64,000 nucleotides of DNA from Phenylobacterium sp. (GCA_017991675.1 JAGOQB010000011.1:1236-65235), one strand, 5' to 3'. Counted from the first letter of the stretch, positions 45,502 to 55,561 are shown. The notes: generated by a model from the sequence alone, not told the origin. A program made the numbers and translations.

Positions 45502-46056
45502 GTGGCCGACACCGTCGCGGGCGCAAATCCCGATACGCATGCCGCGGGCGACGACCCGAACCGGCGTGATTTCATTCATATTGCGGCGGCGGCCGCGGCT
45601 GGCGGTGCTGTCGCGGGCCTCGCATGGCCGTTCATCGACCAGATGAACCCGTCCGGCGATACGCTGGCCCTGGCGTCGGTCGAATTCGACCTGACCAAGG
45701 TCGAGGAAGGCCAGCAGGTCACCATCAAGTGGCGCGGCAAGCCGCTGTTCATCCGCAATCGGACTGGCGCGGAGATCGCCAAGGCCATCAAGGATGACGG
45801 CGAGAGCATGCCCGATCCGCAGAAGGACGAAGACCGTCACAAGCCGGGCAAGGCCCAATGGCTCGTGCTGGTCGGCACCTGCACGCACCTCGGCTGCGTG
45901 CCGACGTTCGGCGGCGGCGATTACGGCGGCTGGTTCTGCCCGTGCCACGGTTCGCACTACGACGTGTCGGGCCGCATCCGTAAGGGTCCGGCGCCGAAGA
46001 ACCTGGCGGTGCCTGACTACACCTTCCTTTCCGACACCAAGGTCAAGGTGGGCTGA
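45502..46056 (+). CDS. petA: ubiquinol-cytochrome c reductase Rieske Fe-S subunit
   Basis: Tat motif RRDF, CTHLGC and CPCHGS. Confidence 0.97.
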   Translation: MADTVAGANPDTHAAGDDPNRRDFIHIAAAAAAGGAVAGLAWPFIDQMNPSGDTLALASVEFDLTKVEEGQQVTIKWRGKPLFIRNRTGAEIAKAIKDDGESMPDPQKDEDRHKPGKAQWLVLVGTCTHLGCVPTFGGGDYGGWFCPCHGSHYDVSGRIRKGPAPKNLAVPDYTFLSDTKVKVG

Positions 46057-46061
46057 CCCAG

Positions 46062-47381
46062 ATGAGCGGACATTCCAATTACGAACCGAAGACCGGCATC
46101 GAGCGTTGGCTCGACACCCGTCTGCCTGTCGTGCGCCTGGCGTACGACTCGATGATCGACTTCCCGACCCCGAAGAACCTGAACTACTGGTGGACCTTCG
46201 GCGGCATCCTGGCGGTCTGCCTCGGCATCCAGCTGGTCACCGGCATCGTGCTGGCCATGCACTACGTGCCGCACGTCGATCACGCCTTCGCCTCGGTCGA
46301 GCGCATCATGCGTGACGTCAACTACGGTTGGCTGATCCGCTACATGCACGCCAACGGCGCCTCGATGTTCTTCATCGCGGTCTACATCCACATGTTCCGC
46401 GGGCTGTACTACGGCTCGTACAAGGCTCCGCGCGAAGTGCTGTGGATCCTGGGCTGCGTGATCTACCTGCTGATGATGGCCACCGCCTTCATGGGCTACG
46501 TGCTGCCCTGGGGTCAGATGTCCTTCCACGGCGCCGTCGTGATCACCAACCTGTTCGGCGCGCTGCCGGTCGTGGGCGAAGCGATCACCACCTGGCTGTG
46601 GGGCGGCTTCGCGGTCGACAACCCGACCCTGAACCGCTTCTTCTCGCTGCACTTCCTGTTGCCGTTCATGATCGCGGGCGTCGTCGGCCTGCACATCTGG
46701 GCGCTGCACGTCCCGGGCAACAACAACCCGACCGGCGTGAACGTGAAGTCGAAGGAAGACACCGTTCCCTTCCACCCGTATTACACGGTGAAGGACGGCT
46801 TCGCGATCGTGGTGTTCCTGATCCTGTTCGCGACCTTCGTGTTCTACAATCCGAACGCGCTCGGCCACGCCGACAACTACATCCCCGGCAACCCGCTGGT
46901 GACCCCGGCGCACATCGTTCCCGAATGGTACTTCCTGCCGTTCTACGCGATCCTGCGCGCGGTTCCCGACAAGCTGGGCGGCGTGATCCTGATGTTCGGC
47001 GCCATCGCGGTGCTGTTCGTCCTGCCCTGGCTCGACACCTCCAAGGTGCGCTCGATGCGCTACCGGCCGACGGCGAAGCTGTACTTCTTCATCTTCCTGC
47101 TGGCCTGCCTGGTGCTCGGCTACTGCGGTGGTCAGCTGCCGGACAACCACGTGATCCCGGGTCTGTCGACCTTCAAGCTGGGCGACGCCGACCTGAACTC
47201 GATGGTGTGGCTGTCGCGGGTCGCGACCCTGTACTACTTCGCTTACTTCCTGGTCGTCCTGCCGATCCTGGGCCTCACCGAGACCCCGCTTCCGCTGCCG
47301 GAATCGATCAGTGAACCTGTGCTTTCGCATCCTGCCAACGCGCCGGCCGGCGCCGCGGCTTCGCCTGAAAAGAGGGGTTGA
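46062..47381 (+). CDS. petB: cytochrome b
   Basis: [32 protein letters not shown]. Confidence 0.98.
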   Translation: MSGHSNYEPKTGIERWLDTRLPVVRLAYDSMIDFPTPKNLNYWWTFGGILAVCLGIQLVTGIVLAMHYVPHVDHAFASVERIMRDVNYGWLIRYMHANGASMFFIAVYIHMFRGLYYGSYKAPREVLWILGCVIYLLMMATAFMGYVLPWGQMSFHGAVVITNLFGALPVVGEAITTWLWGGFAVDNPTLNRFFSLHFLLPFMIAGVVGLHIWALHVPGNNNPTGVNVKSKEDTVPFHPYYTVKDGFAIVVFLILFATFVFYNPNALGHADNYIPGNPLVTPAHIVPEWYFLPFYAILRAVPDKLGGVILMFGAIAVLFVLPWLDTSKVRSMRYRPTAKLYFFIFLLACLVLGYCGGQLPDNHVIPGLSTFKLGDADLNSMVWLSRVATLYYFAYFLVVLPILGLTETPLPLPESISEPVLSHPANAPAGAAASPEKRG

Positions 47382-47388
47382 GCCTAAG

Positions 47389-48237
47389 ATGCTGCGTAAA
47401 GGTATCGCGCTCGCGGCGCTTGGCTTGGCCGTTCTCGCGGCCCCGGCGGCTCAGGCCGCCGGCGGCGCCCTGCCGCCGAAGCATGTGGAATTCAGCTTCG
47501 AAGGTCCGTTCGGCAAGTTCGATCAGGCTGAGCTGCAACGGGGTTACAAGGTCTATCGGGAGGTCTGCTCGGCCTGCCACTCGATGAACCTGATGTACTT
47601 CCGGAACCTCGGCCAGAAGGGCGGGCCGTTCTACGATCCGAAGTACAAGAACCCGAACGACAACCCGTATGTGAAGTCGATCGCCAAGGACTATCAGATC
47701 AAGGACATCGACTCGGAAACGGGTGATGTGATCGAGCGTCCGGGCACCTCGGCCGACAAGTTCCCGTCGCCCTTCCCGAACGAAGCGGCGGCGCGGGCCT
47801 CGAACGGCGGCGCCTTCCCGCCGGACCTGTCGGTGATGGCCAAGGCGCGTCACCACGGGCCGCAGTACATCTACTCGCTGCTGACCGGCTACAAGAACCC
47901 GCCCGCGGGTCTGAAGGTCGGCGTCGGCCAGCACTACAACCCGTACATGGCCGGTGACGTCACCGCGTCGTGGTCGGGCCCGCACGACAAGGTCCCGCCC
48001 GGCGGCTTCATCGCCATGGCCCCGCCGCTGGCGGCCGGCCAGGTGACGTTCGACGACGGCACCAAGTCGACGCTGGAACAACAGTCCAAGGACGTTGCGG
48101 CCTTCATCGCCTGGGCTTCCGAGCCCAAGATGGAAGAGCGCAAGGCCTTCGGCATGGCCGCGATGATCTACCTCTTCATCTTCGCGGGTCTGCTGTACGC
48201 CAGCTACCGCAAGATCTGGAAGAACGTCGCCCACTAG
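47389..48237 (+). CDS. petC: cytochrome c1
   Basis: QRGYKVYREVCSACHS (CxxCH), PPDLS, MAPPL, C-terminal TM anchor. Confidence 0.97.
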   Translation: MLRKGIALAALGLAVLAAPAAQAAGGALPPKHVEFSFEGPFGKFDQAELQRGYKVYREVCSACHSMNLMYFRNLGQKGGPFYDPKYKNPNDNPYVKSIAKDYQIKDIDSETGDVIERPGTSADKFPSPFPNEAAARASNGGAFPPDLSVMAKARHHGPQYIYSLLTGYKNPPAGLKVGVGQHYNPYMAGDVTASWSGPHDKVPPGGFIAMAPPLAAGQVTFDDGTKSTLEQQSKDVAAFIAWASEPKMEERKAFGMAAMIYLFIFAGLLYASYRKIWKNVAH

Positions 48238-48262
48238 GGCGTCGCGCTTTCGACGAATTGGG

Positions 48263-48292
48263 AAAGGCCCCGGAGCGATCCGGGGCCGTTTT
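48263..48292 (+). terminator. petABC intrinsic terminator
   Basis: AAAGGCCCCGGA-GCGA-TCCGGGGCCGTTTT. Confidence 0.8.
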
Positions 48293-48365
48293 CGTTGCGC
48301 GGGCCTTGCTTGACTTCGGCCGTCCGGAAACCAACGATACGCCAAATGGCTGGCGGAGGTCCGCG

Positions 48366-50135
48366 ATGGGTACCGGGTTCAAGACTGCGGCGCTCGCCGG
48401 GTTGGGGTTGTCGCTCACCAGTCTTTCCTTCGAGGCGCCGATCTCGCCGCAGGTGCTGGCCGCGCTCGATCCGACGCTGATCGCCTCGTCGATCTGCGGA
48501 AACCCCAAGGCGGGCGGGGGGCTGACCCGCAGCCTGCTGCTGGCCCAGGCGGCGGCCGCGCCGGCCAGCCAGGCCGGGCCGATCCCGCTCTACGAGGACC
48601 TGACGGCCTCGCCGTTCCCGCTGAGCACGGCCAATCCCCAGGCCAAGCGGTACTTCAGCCAGGGCCTGCTGCTGACCTACGGCTTCAACCATGCCGGGGC
48701 GGTCCGTTCGTTCCGCGAGGCCCAGCGCCTGGACCCGTCCTGCGCCATGTGCTGGTGGGGCGAGGCGATGGCCCTGGGGCCCAACATCAACGCGCCGATG
48801 GACGAGCGCGACCGCGACGCGGCGCTGGCGGCGATGGACAAGGCCATGGCGCTGCGCGAGCGCGCCTCGCCGATGGAGCGGGCGCTGGTCGAGGCGGTGG
48901 CGAAACGCTATTCGCGCGATCCGAAGGCCGACCGCGCGGCGCTGGACGGCGCCTATGCCGACGCCATGCTCGAGGTCGCCCGCCGCTTCCCGGCCGACGA
49001 CGACGTGGCGGTGCTGGCCGCCGAGGCGGTGATGGACACCACGCCCTGGAACTACTGGGAGCCGGACAAGAAGACCCCGGTCGGGCGCAGCGGCGAGGCG
49101 GTGCGGCTGGTCGAGACGGTGATCGCTCGCAATCCGGCCCACGTGCAGGCCGGCCACCTCTATATCCACCTGCTGGAGGCCGCCGACGCCCAGCGGGCGG
49201 AGGCCGCGGCCGACCGGCTGGGGACCCCGAGCGCGCCCAGCGCCGGGCACCTGGTGCACATGCCCTCGCACATCTATCAGGCGCGCGGCCGCTACGCCGA
49301 TTCGATGCGGGTGAACGTCGCGGCGGCGCGGGCCGACGAGGCGTATATCCGCAGCGCCGGCGACCACAGCCTGGTGCGCTACGGCTACTATCCGCACAAC
49401 GTCCACTTCATCGTCACCTCGGCCCAGCTGGCCGGCGACATGGACACGGCGATCAGGGAGGCCGAGCGCCTGCGGGCGCTGATGGACATCGACACCTCGG
49501 CCAAGATCGGCTGGGTGCAGATCATTGAGGCCGCGCCCTATCTGGCGATGGCCCAGTTCGCGGCCCCCGAGGCGATCCTGGCGATGCCCGCGCCCGACGC
49601 GCGCCTGCCCTACGCCACGGCGATGCGCCACTACGCGCGGGCGGTCGCCTACGCCGAGCAGCGCGACAAGGCCGGCTTCAGCAGGGAGCTGGCGGCGATG
49701 GACGCCCTGACCAAGGCCGACGCCTTCGCCGACCTGACCGCCCAGCTGGTGCCGGCGGTCGATCTCGTGGCCATGGCGCAGGAGGTGGCCCGCGGGCGCT
49801 TCTCGACCGCCGTGGGCCGCTATGACGAGGCCGCCGGCCACTACCGCCAGGCCATCGCCATCGAAGGCCGCATTCCCTACACCGAGCCGCCGTACTGGTA
49901 CTATCCGGTCCACCAGTCGCTGGGCGCGGCGCTGTTTCTGGCGGGCAAGCCAGCCGAGGCCAGCGAGGCGTTCCGCGCCGCCCTGGTCCAGACCCCACGC
50001 AACGGCTGGGCGCTGTACGGCCTGGCCAGGAGCGAAGAGGCGCAGGGTCGCAAGGCCGAGGCCGAGGCGGCGCGTCAGGCCTTCGTGCGGGCCTGGGCCG
50101 GCCAGCCGCAGTGGCTGAAGATGGAGCGGCTCTAG
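48366..50135 (+). CDS. secreted tetratricopeptide-repeat protein
   Basis: AKRYFSQGL..YGFNH..A..SF, WG.A.ALGPNIN, HLYIH..E, GHLVHMPSHIY, TPR-like C-terminus. Confidence 0.8.
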   Translation: MGTGFKTAALAGLGLSLTSLSFEAPISPQVLAALDPTLIASSICGNPKAGGGLTRSLLLAQAAAAPASQAGPIPLYEDLTASPFPLSTANPQAKRYFSQGLLLTYGFNHAGAVRSFREAQRLDPSCAMCWWGEAMALGPNINAPMDERDRDAALAAMDKAMALRERASPMERALVEAVAKRYSRDPKADRAALDGAYADAMLEVARRFPADDDVAVLAAEAVMDTTPWNYWEPDKKTPVGRSGEAVRLVETVIARNPAHVQAGHLYIHLLEAADAQRAEAAADRLGTPSAPSAGHLVHMPSHIYQARGRYADSMRVNVAAARADEAYIRSAGDHSLVRYGYYPHNVHFIVTSAQLAGDMDTAIREAERLRALMDIDTSAKIGWVQIIEAAPYLAMAQFAAPEAILAMPAPDARLPYATAMRHYARAVAYAEQRDKAGFSRELAAMDALTKADAFADLTAQLVPAVDLVAMAQEVARGRFSTAVGRYDEAAGHYRQAIAIEGRIPYTEPPYWYYPVHQSLGAALFLAGKPAEASEAFRAALVQTPRNGWALYGLARSEEAQGRKAEAEAARQAFVRAWAGQPQWLKMERL

Positions 50136-50908
50136 CCGGCCGGCGCCAGCAGCAGGCGGCCGCCGGGGAAGTCGAAGCGCAGGCGCCAGCGAGCGAGCAG
50201 CGGCGCGCCGATGATCCCGTCGGCCTCCGTGTCGGCGAGCCCGCCCGGAAGGTTCTCGAACAGGGTCCCGGCGAAGGACGCCGCGCGCAGCTGCGCGCGG
50301 GTTTCGCCATAGGGCAGCAGCTCCTGCGGCTTGGCCGCGCCGGGGACCGAGGCGAGGCGCTGGGAGACGCGCACGGCGGCGTCCGAGCCGGTGGCGATCA
50401 CGAAGTCGCCGGCCAGGGCCCTGGGGCCGTCGGCGACCGCTGCGCGGGCGGTGGCGACCCCGTCGGCGAGGCGCAGCGGCAGGGCGCGGACGGCGGCGCG
50501 CACGCGCGGAGCCTGGCCGCGCGGATAGATGGCCACCTTGCAGGGCGCGAAGCTGACCTCGACCACATAGGCCGACAGCAGGTCGGCGCCGATCACGCCG
50601 GCGATCGGGGTCGGGAAGGCGTAGGTCCGGGCGTCCAGGTCGGCGATCACGAACGGCCGGTCGGGCAGGGTGAGGCCGGCGATGCGGACCGGGCCGCGCT
50701 GGTCCGGTTCGACGAGGCCGGCCCCTTGCGCCTTGGTCTCGTGCAGCTGGGTGACGGCGGAGCCGGTGTCGAGGATGTAGTCGCCGGCCAGGCCGTCGAT
50801 GGAGGCGGGCGCGACGATCACCCCCTGCTCGAACCAGCAGGCGGTTTCGCCCGCGTGGGCGGCGACCGGCAGGGCGGCGGCGGCGAGAGCCAGGGCGAGG
50901 GGCTTCAT
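50132..50908 (-). CDS. secreted retropepsin-like aspartyl protease family protein
   Basis: Signal peptide, ILDTGS..GVIGAD in lobe 1, VIATGS..GIIGAP in lobe 2. Confidence 0.75.
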   Translation of the reverse strand: MKPLALALAAAALPVAAHAGETACWFEQGVIVAPASIDGLAGDYILDTGSAVTQLHETKAQGAGLVEPDQRGPVRIAGLTLPDRPFVIADLDARTYAFPTPIAGVIGADLLSAYVVEVSFAPCKVAIYPRGQAPRVRAAVRALPLRLADGVATARAAVADGPRALAGDFVIATGSDAAVRVSQRLASVPGAAKPQELLPYGETRAQLRAASFAGTLFENLPGGLADTEADGIIGAPLLARWRLRFDFPGGRLLLAPAG

Positions 50909-51067
50909 GGGATCCGAGGGGGCGAGAGCGTCGGGGCGTTCTTGGGGCCCCTTCGCGCGCAGCATAGCCGTGGATCGCCGCCGCGGCGACGGGCGGCGCG
51001 CGAGGCGCGGCGGCCAAAGCGGTGATTGGGCCTTAACCCGGCCGCATCGATCCCCTAAGTCGGAGCC

Positions 51068-51544
51068 ATGAGCTTCATCAAGCCCTGGCGGGACTTCCGG
51101 CGGATGCAGGACGTGGCGGTCGGCGCGGCGGTGCTGATCTATGCCGGGGCGGTGGTGAACGCCTTTCGGGTGCTGCCGGGCGGCGCGGAGCTGATCGCAC
51201 AGCGCACCCTGATCTGGCCCGGCGTGTTCCTGATCGCGTCGCTGGCGGCGCCGCTGCTGATCGCGCCGCTGAAGCGCGGGCTGGCGCGCTATGTGTGGCT
51301 GAGCTTCCAGGCCGGGTTCGGCCAAACGCCGGTTTCGGTGCTGACCGGGGTCGGCCTGCTGGCGGCCGCGGCGCTGTTCATCTACTGGCAGGTGTGGGCG
51401 GTCGGCCATGGCGGCCGCTATCCGGCCGGGGTGTTCTCGGGCTATGCGGCCGGAATCGGCATCCTGGCGGCCCAGGCGATCCTGGTGCGGGCGCTGGAGA
51501 CGGTGCCGGAAGTCCGCAAGCAGATCGAGGAGCGCGCGCCCTAA
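51068..51544 (+). CDS. hypothetical membrane protein (~4 TM)
   Basis: GGAG RBS, hydrophobic segments. Confidence 0.7.
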   Translation: MSFIKPWRDFRRMQDVAVGAAVLIYAGAVVNAFRVLPGGAELIAQRTLIWPGVFLIASLAAPLLIAPLKRGLARYVWLSFQAGFGQTPVSVLTGVGLLAAAALFIYWQVWAVGHGGRYPAGVFSGYAAGIGILAAQAILVRALETVPEVRKQIEERAP

Positions 51545-52056
51545 TCCGCTGCGGCGGGCTGGTCGAACTCCAGGTGCAGCCGCAAGGTGGGCAGGCCGAA
51601 CTCGTCCTGCTCCTCGCCGACCACGACGAAGCCCAGCTTTTCCAGGATGCGCCAGGAGGCGAGGTTGGCCGGGTCGATGGTGGCGTCCACCGCCTCGGCC
51701 TCGGGCGAGCAGGCGGCCAGCAGGCCGCGGGCCGCCTCGGTGGCGTAGCCCTGGCCCCAGTAGGCGCGGGCGAAGCCGTAGATCAGCTCCAGGCGGTTGG
51801 GATGCGGCGTGGGGATCAGGCCGACCCAGCCGATCAGGACGTCGCTGTCGCGCAGCACCACGGCGCGGCTGCCGACCTCGCTGATCTTCAGGCTGGCGGC
51901 GGCGTTGTTGATCCAGAGCGCGGTCGCGGCCCGGCTGAGCGGCACGCCGTCGCCGACATGGGCCATGACCTGCGGATCGGCGGCGATCGCGCAGAGGGCG
52001 TCGAGGTCGCTGGTCTCCAGCGGCCGGAGCCGTAGCCTGGTGGTTTCGAGCATCAC
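51541..52056 (-). CDS. GNAT (RimJ/RimL) N-acetyltransferase
   Basis: LETTRLRLRPL, YWGQGYATEA, N.AS.RILEKLGF. Confidence 0.92.
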   Translation of the reverse strand: MMLETTRLRLRPLETSDLDALCAIAADPQVMAHVGDGVPLSRAATALWINNAAASLKISEVGSRAVVLRDSDVLIGWVGLIPTPHPNRLELIYGFARAYWGQGYATEAARGLLAACSPEAEAVDATIDPANLASWRILEKLGFVVVGEEQDEFGLPTLRLHLEFDQPAAAD

Positions 52057-52733
52057 GCCGAACTTCGCCCCCCGCCGTTGTTGGAGAACAGGGCCAGGGT
52101 CCGCAGACGCGCCAGCCGGGCGCTGTCGGCGTCGTAGTCGGCCCGGCGGTCGGACACGAAACCGTGGCCGGCCGGATAGAGGTGGATCGGAATCTCGGGA
52201 TGGCGCTGCCCGATCTCCTCGACCCGTTCGGGCGGGATCGAGGCGTCGGCCTTGCCGAAATGCAGGATGATCGGAACCTGGGGCGTTTCGTCCTTCAGCT
52301 CGCTGATCCGGCGACCATAGAAGCTGGCCGCGGCCGAGAGGCCGGTGCAGCGGCAGGCCGCCAGCCAGGTCGCCGCCCCGCCCCAGCAGAAGCCGGTTAC
52401 GAAAACCGGGGCCTTCAGAGCGTCGATGGCGGCTTGGGCGTCGCCGGCGACCTGGTCCCAGGGCGTTCCTTGCGAGTACTCGACGCCCTTGGCGACGGCG
52501 TCCTGGCTGTAGTCGGCCTGGAAGCCGGGCTCGAGGCGGTCGTAGAACGAAGGGGCGATGGTCTCATAGCCGTCGGCGGCGAAGGCGTCGGCCAGCTCGC
52601 GGATGTGCTCGGTGACCCCGAAGATCTCCTGGATCAGCAGCAGCCCGCCGCGGCGGGCGTCGGTCGGCCGAGCGTGATAGGCGCTAAGCTCGAAGCCGTC
52701 GAAGGGGCTCTTGAGGGTGATCTGCTCGCCCAT
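52053..52733 (-). CDS. dienelactone hydrolase family protein
   Basis: IQEIFGV, GFCWGG, AGHGF. Confidence 0.92.
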   Translation of the reverse strand: MGEQITLKSPFDGFELSAYHARPTDARRGGLLLIQEIFGVTEHIRELADAFAADGYETIAPSFYDRLEPGFQADYSQDAVAKGVEYSQGTPWDQVAGDAQAAIDALKAPVFVTGFCWGGAATWLAACRCTGLSAAASFYGRRISELKDETPQVPIILHFGKADASIPPERVEEIGQRHPEIPIHLYPAGHGFVSDRRADYDADSARLARLRTLALFSNNGGGRSSA

Positions 52734-52736
52734 GCT

Positions 52737-53405
52737 TCACGCGTTCTCGAACAGCTCGCGGGTGCGGGCGCGGGCGAGGTCGGCGGCCTCTTCGTTGTAG
52801 CGTTCGGGGCTGTCGTTGTTGAAGCCGTGGCCGGCGCCTTCGTAGATATAGACCGGGACGTCGGGATTGTGTTCGCGCACGGCCTTCTCAACCTCGTCGG
52901 CCGGGATCCCAGGATCGGTGTGGCCAAGGTGGACGATGGTCGGGCAAAGCGGCCGGAGTGCGGCGTTGGCCTGCACCAGGCTGCCATAATAGCTGGAGGC
53001 CGCGGCGATCCCCTCGACCTTGGCCGCGGTCAGCCAGGTCAGCGAGCCGCCGTAGCAATAGCCGACCACGAACACCTTGCCGCGTTCGGCCAGGAAGTCG
53101 CGGCAGGCGGCGATGTCGGTGAGCGCCTGGTCCAGCGGCGTGGCGCGCGCGTGGGCGACGCCGGCGGTCAGGCCCGCGGCGTCGTGGGCGGCGGTGAAAT
53201 GGCGTTCGCGGCGGTCGTAGAGCGAGGGGGCGATGGCCTCGTAGCCGGCCTTGGCCCAGCGTTCGACGTCGGCGCGGATGTGCCGGTCGATGCCGAAGAT
53301 TTCCTGAAGCACGATGACCCCGCCTTTGCGCGGGGTGAAGGCCTGCTCGTGGTAGGCCGAAAAGTCGAACCCGTCCGCGCCCCGAAGGGTGATCGTCTCG
53401 CCCAT
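52737..53405 (-). CDS. dienelactone hydrolase family protein (tandem paralog)
   Basis: LQEIFGI, GYCYGG, AGHGF. Confidence 0.92.
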   Translation of the reverse strand: MGETITLRGADGFDFSAYHEQAFTPRKGGVIVLQEIFGIDRHIRADVERWAKAGYEAIAPSLYDRRERHFTAAHDAAGLTAGVAHARATPLDQALTDIAACRDFLAERGKVFVVGYCYGGSLTWLTAAKVEGIAAASSYYGSLVQANAALRPLCPTIVHLGHTDPGIPADEVEKAVREHNPDVPVYIYEGAGHGFNNDSPERYNEEAADLARARTRELFENA

Positions 53406-53521
53406 GCGTTTCTCCCGTCTTGTTAGACGCGAGCTAAGCAGAGAACCACAGCAGGGGGGAGGGATGTTCGCGCGTTTTGGGAAGGGCGGCCGACGCCGGT
53501 GTACGCCGCTGTGCGGCGCAA

Positions 53522-53604
53522 CCCCTCACCCCACCCTCTCCCCTCGGGAGGGGAGAGGGAGTAGGGGCCGGGGCAGGCTAGTTCCTCTCCCCCAGGGGAG
53601 AGGG
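53522..53604. repeat. family C arm plus a partial second hairpin
   Basis: CCCCTCACCCCACCCTCTCCCCTCGGGAGGGGAGAGGGA and TCCTCTCCCCCAGGGGAGAGGG. Confidence 0.78.
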
Positions 53605-53617
53605 AAAGCGCCGCGCC

Positions 53618-54715
53618 TCAGACGTTGAAGCGGAAGTTCATCACGTCGCCGTCCTTGACGACGTATTCCTTGCCTTCGGCACGCAGCTTGCCGGCGTCAC
53701 GCGCGCCGGCTTCGCCCTTGAGGTTCACATAGTCCTCAAAGGCGATGGTTTCGGCGCGGATGAAGCCCTTTTCGAAGTCGGTGTGGATCACGCCGGCCGC
53801 CTGCGGGGCGGTGTCGCCCTTGTGGATGGTCCAGGCGCGGGCTTCCTTGGGGCCGACCGTGAAATAGGTCTGCAGGCCGAGCAGGTGGTAGGCCTCGCGG
53901 ATCAGCTTGTTGAGGCCCGGCTCGGTCAGGCCGAGGGTCTCGAGGAACTCGGTGCGTTCGGCCTCGTCCAGCAGGGCGATCTCGCTCTCGATCTGGGCCG
54001 AGATCACCACATGGTCGGCGCCGTCGCGCTTGGCGCGCTCGGCGACCTGGTTCGACAGGTCGTTGCCGGCGGCGGCCGAGGCTTCGTCGACGTTGGAGAC
54101 GTAGAGGGCGGGCTTGGAGGTCAGCAGCTGCAGCATCCGCCAGGCCTTGTCGTCCTCGGCGGAAACCTGCGCCTTGCGGGCCGGGCGGCCGGCGTTGAGC
54201 TCCGCCAGGGCGACATTGACCAGGCGCAGGGTCTGGGCGCTTTCCTTGTCGCCGGTCTTGGCGCGCTTTTCGAGGTTGGCGACGCGCTTTTCGAGGCTCT
54301 CGAGGTCGGCGAGCATCAGCTCGGTCTCGATGGTCTCAAGGTCGGCGAGGGGATCGATCTTGCCTTCGACGTGGGTGATGTCGTCGTCGATGAAGCAGCG
54401 GGCGACGAACGCCACGGCGTCGCAGTCGCGGATGTTGGCCAGGAACTGGTTGCCCAGGCCTTCGCCCTTGGAGGCGCCGCGGACCAGGCCGGCGATGTCG
54501 ACGAAGTTCATCCGCGCCGGAATGATCTCCTTGGACGGGATGATCGCGGCCAGGGCGTTCAGGCGCGGCTCGGGCACGGCCACGTCGCCGGTGTTCGGCT
54601 CGATGGTGCAGAACGGATAGTTGGCGGCCTGGGCCGCGGCCGTCTGGGTGAGCGCGTTGAAGAGGGTCGACTTGCCGACGTTGGGCAGGCCGACGATCGC
54701 GACTTTGAGAGCCAT
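53618..54715 (-). CDS. ychF: redox-regulated ATPase YchF
   Basis: GLPNVGKSTLFNALT, NYPFCTIEPN, DIAGLVRGASKGEGLGN, TGS domain. Confidence 0.98.
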   Translation of the reverse strand: MALKVAIVGLPNVGKSTLFNALTQTAAAQAANYPFCTIEPNTGDVAVPEPRLNALAAIIPSKEIIPARMNFVDIAGLVRGASKGEGLGNQFLANIRDCDAVAFVARCFIDDDITHVEGKIDPLADLETIETELMLADLESLEKRVANLEKRAKTGDKESAQTLRLVNVALAELNAGRPARKAQVSAEDDKAWRMLQLLTSKPALYVSNVDEASAAAGNDLSNQVAERAKRDGADHVVISAQIESEIALLDEAERTEFLETLGLTEPGLNKLIREAYHLLGLQTYFTVGPKEARAWTIHKGDTAPQAAGVIHTDFEKGFIRAETIAFEDYVNLKGEAGARDAGKLRAEGKEYVVKDGDVMNFRFNV

Positions 54716-54793
54716 GGGGAGAGCTGTTCCTGAAATTCGAGCCGGCGACCTAGCACGTTAGGGGGAAAGGCCCAAGGGGCGGGGGCGTCGGGG

Positions 54794-54916
54794 AGATGCT
54801 CCCCCTCTGGGGGAGCTGTCAGCGAAGCTGGCTGAGGGGGACTTTGACGCCTGCCGCAGGCCCCTCCGTCTCGATGCTGCGCATCGATCCACCTCCCCCA
54901 GCGGGGGAGGAATTAG
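54794..54916 (-). repeat. family C doublet, inverted homolog of 25564-25691
   Basis: AGATGCTCCCCCTCTGGGGGAGCTGTC..CTGAGGGGGACTTTGAC is the reverse complement of the 25634-25691 arm, apart from the inner hairpin. Confidence 0.85.
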
Positions 54917-54920
54917 AACG

Positions 54921-55532
54921 TCAGCCGCGGCCTCGCGGCACGTCGCTCTTGTCGGCGGGGGCCAGGCGCATGACTTCGGTCTGGTACTTCTCGTCCTCGC
55001 CCTCGGCGAGCAGGGGGGCGGCGTCGGCGAGCGCGCGCAGCAGCGCCTCGACCCAGGCCTGGTCGACCTTGTGGAAGTCGGAAAGCACGTGGCCCTGGAC
55101 GCGGTCCTTGTGGCCCGGGTGGCCGACGCCTAGGCGGGCGCGTCGGAAGTCGGGGCCGATATGGGCGGTGAGCGAGCGCACGCCGTTGTTGCCGGCCGCG
55201 CCGCCGCCCAGCTTCATGCGGAAACGGCCGGGCGCCATGTCGATCTCGTCGTAGAACAGCACGAGGTCGGCGGGCTTGAGTTTGTAGAACTTCAACGCCT
55301 CGGCCACGGAGCGGCCGCTCTCGTTATAGAAAGTCTGAGGCTTGAGGATCAGGGTGCGGACCGGGCCGCCAGGGGTTTCGATCTCCCCCTCGCGGGCGAG
55401 GGCGGAGAAACGAGAGCGTTCGGGACCGAAGCGCCAGCGGCGCGCGATCTCGTCAACGGCCATGAAGCCGATATTGTGCCGGTTGCCCGCATAGCGGGCT
55501 CCCGGGTTGCCCTGGCCGGCCAGGACGAGCAT
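54921..55532 (-). CDS. pth: peptidyl-tRNA hydrolase
   Basis: GNPG..Y..NRHNIGF, KPQTFYNESG, GG.AGNNG, RLGVGHP. Confidence 0.96.
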   Translation of the reverse strand: MLVLAGQGNPGARYAGNRHNIGFMAVDEIARRWRFGPERSRFSALAREGEIETPGGPVRTLILKPQTFYNESGRSVAEALKFYKLKPADLVLFYDEIDMAPGRFRMKLGGGAAGNNGVRSLTAHIGPDFRRARLGVGHPGHKDRVQGHVLSDFHKVDQAWVEALLRALADAAPLLAEGEDEKYQTEVMRLAPADKSDVPRGRG

Positions 55533-55561
55533 GCGCTGCCCCCCAACCGGCCGTCAGGGAC

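Noticed and set aside
48234-51017. 927-aa minus-strand ORF
   Set aside because: Shadow of the TPR gene and an off-frame of the aspartyl protease gene, low-complexity Arg/Pro/Gly.
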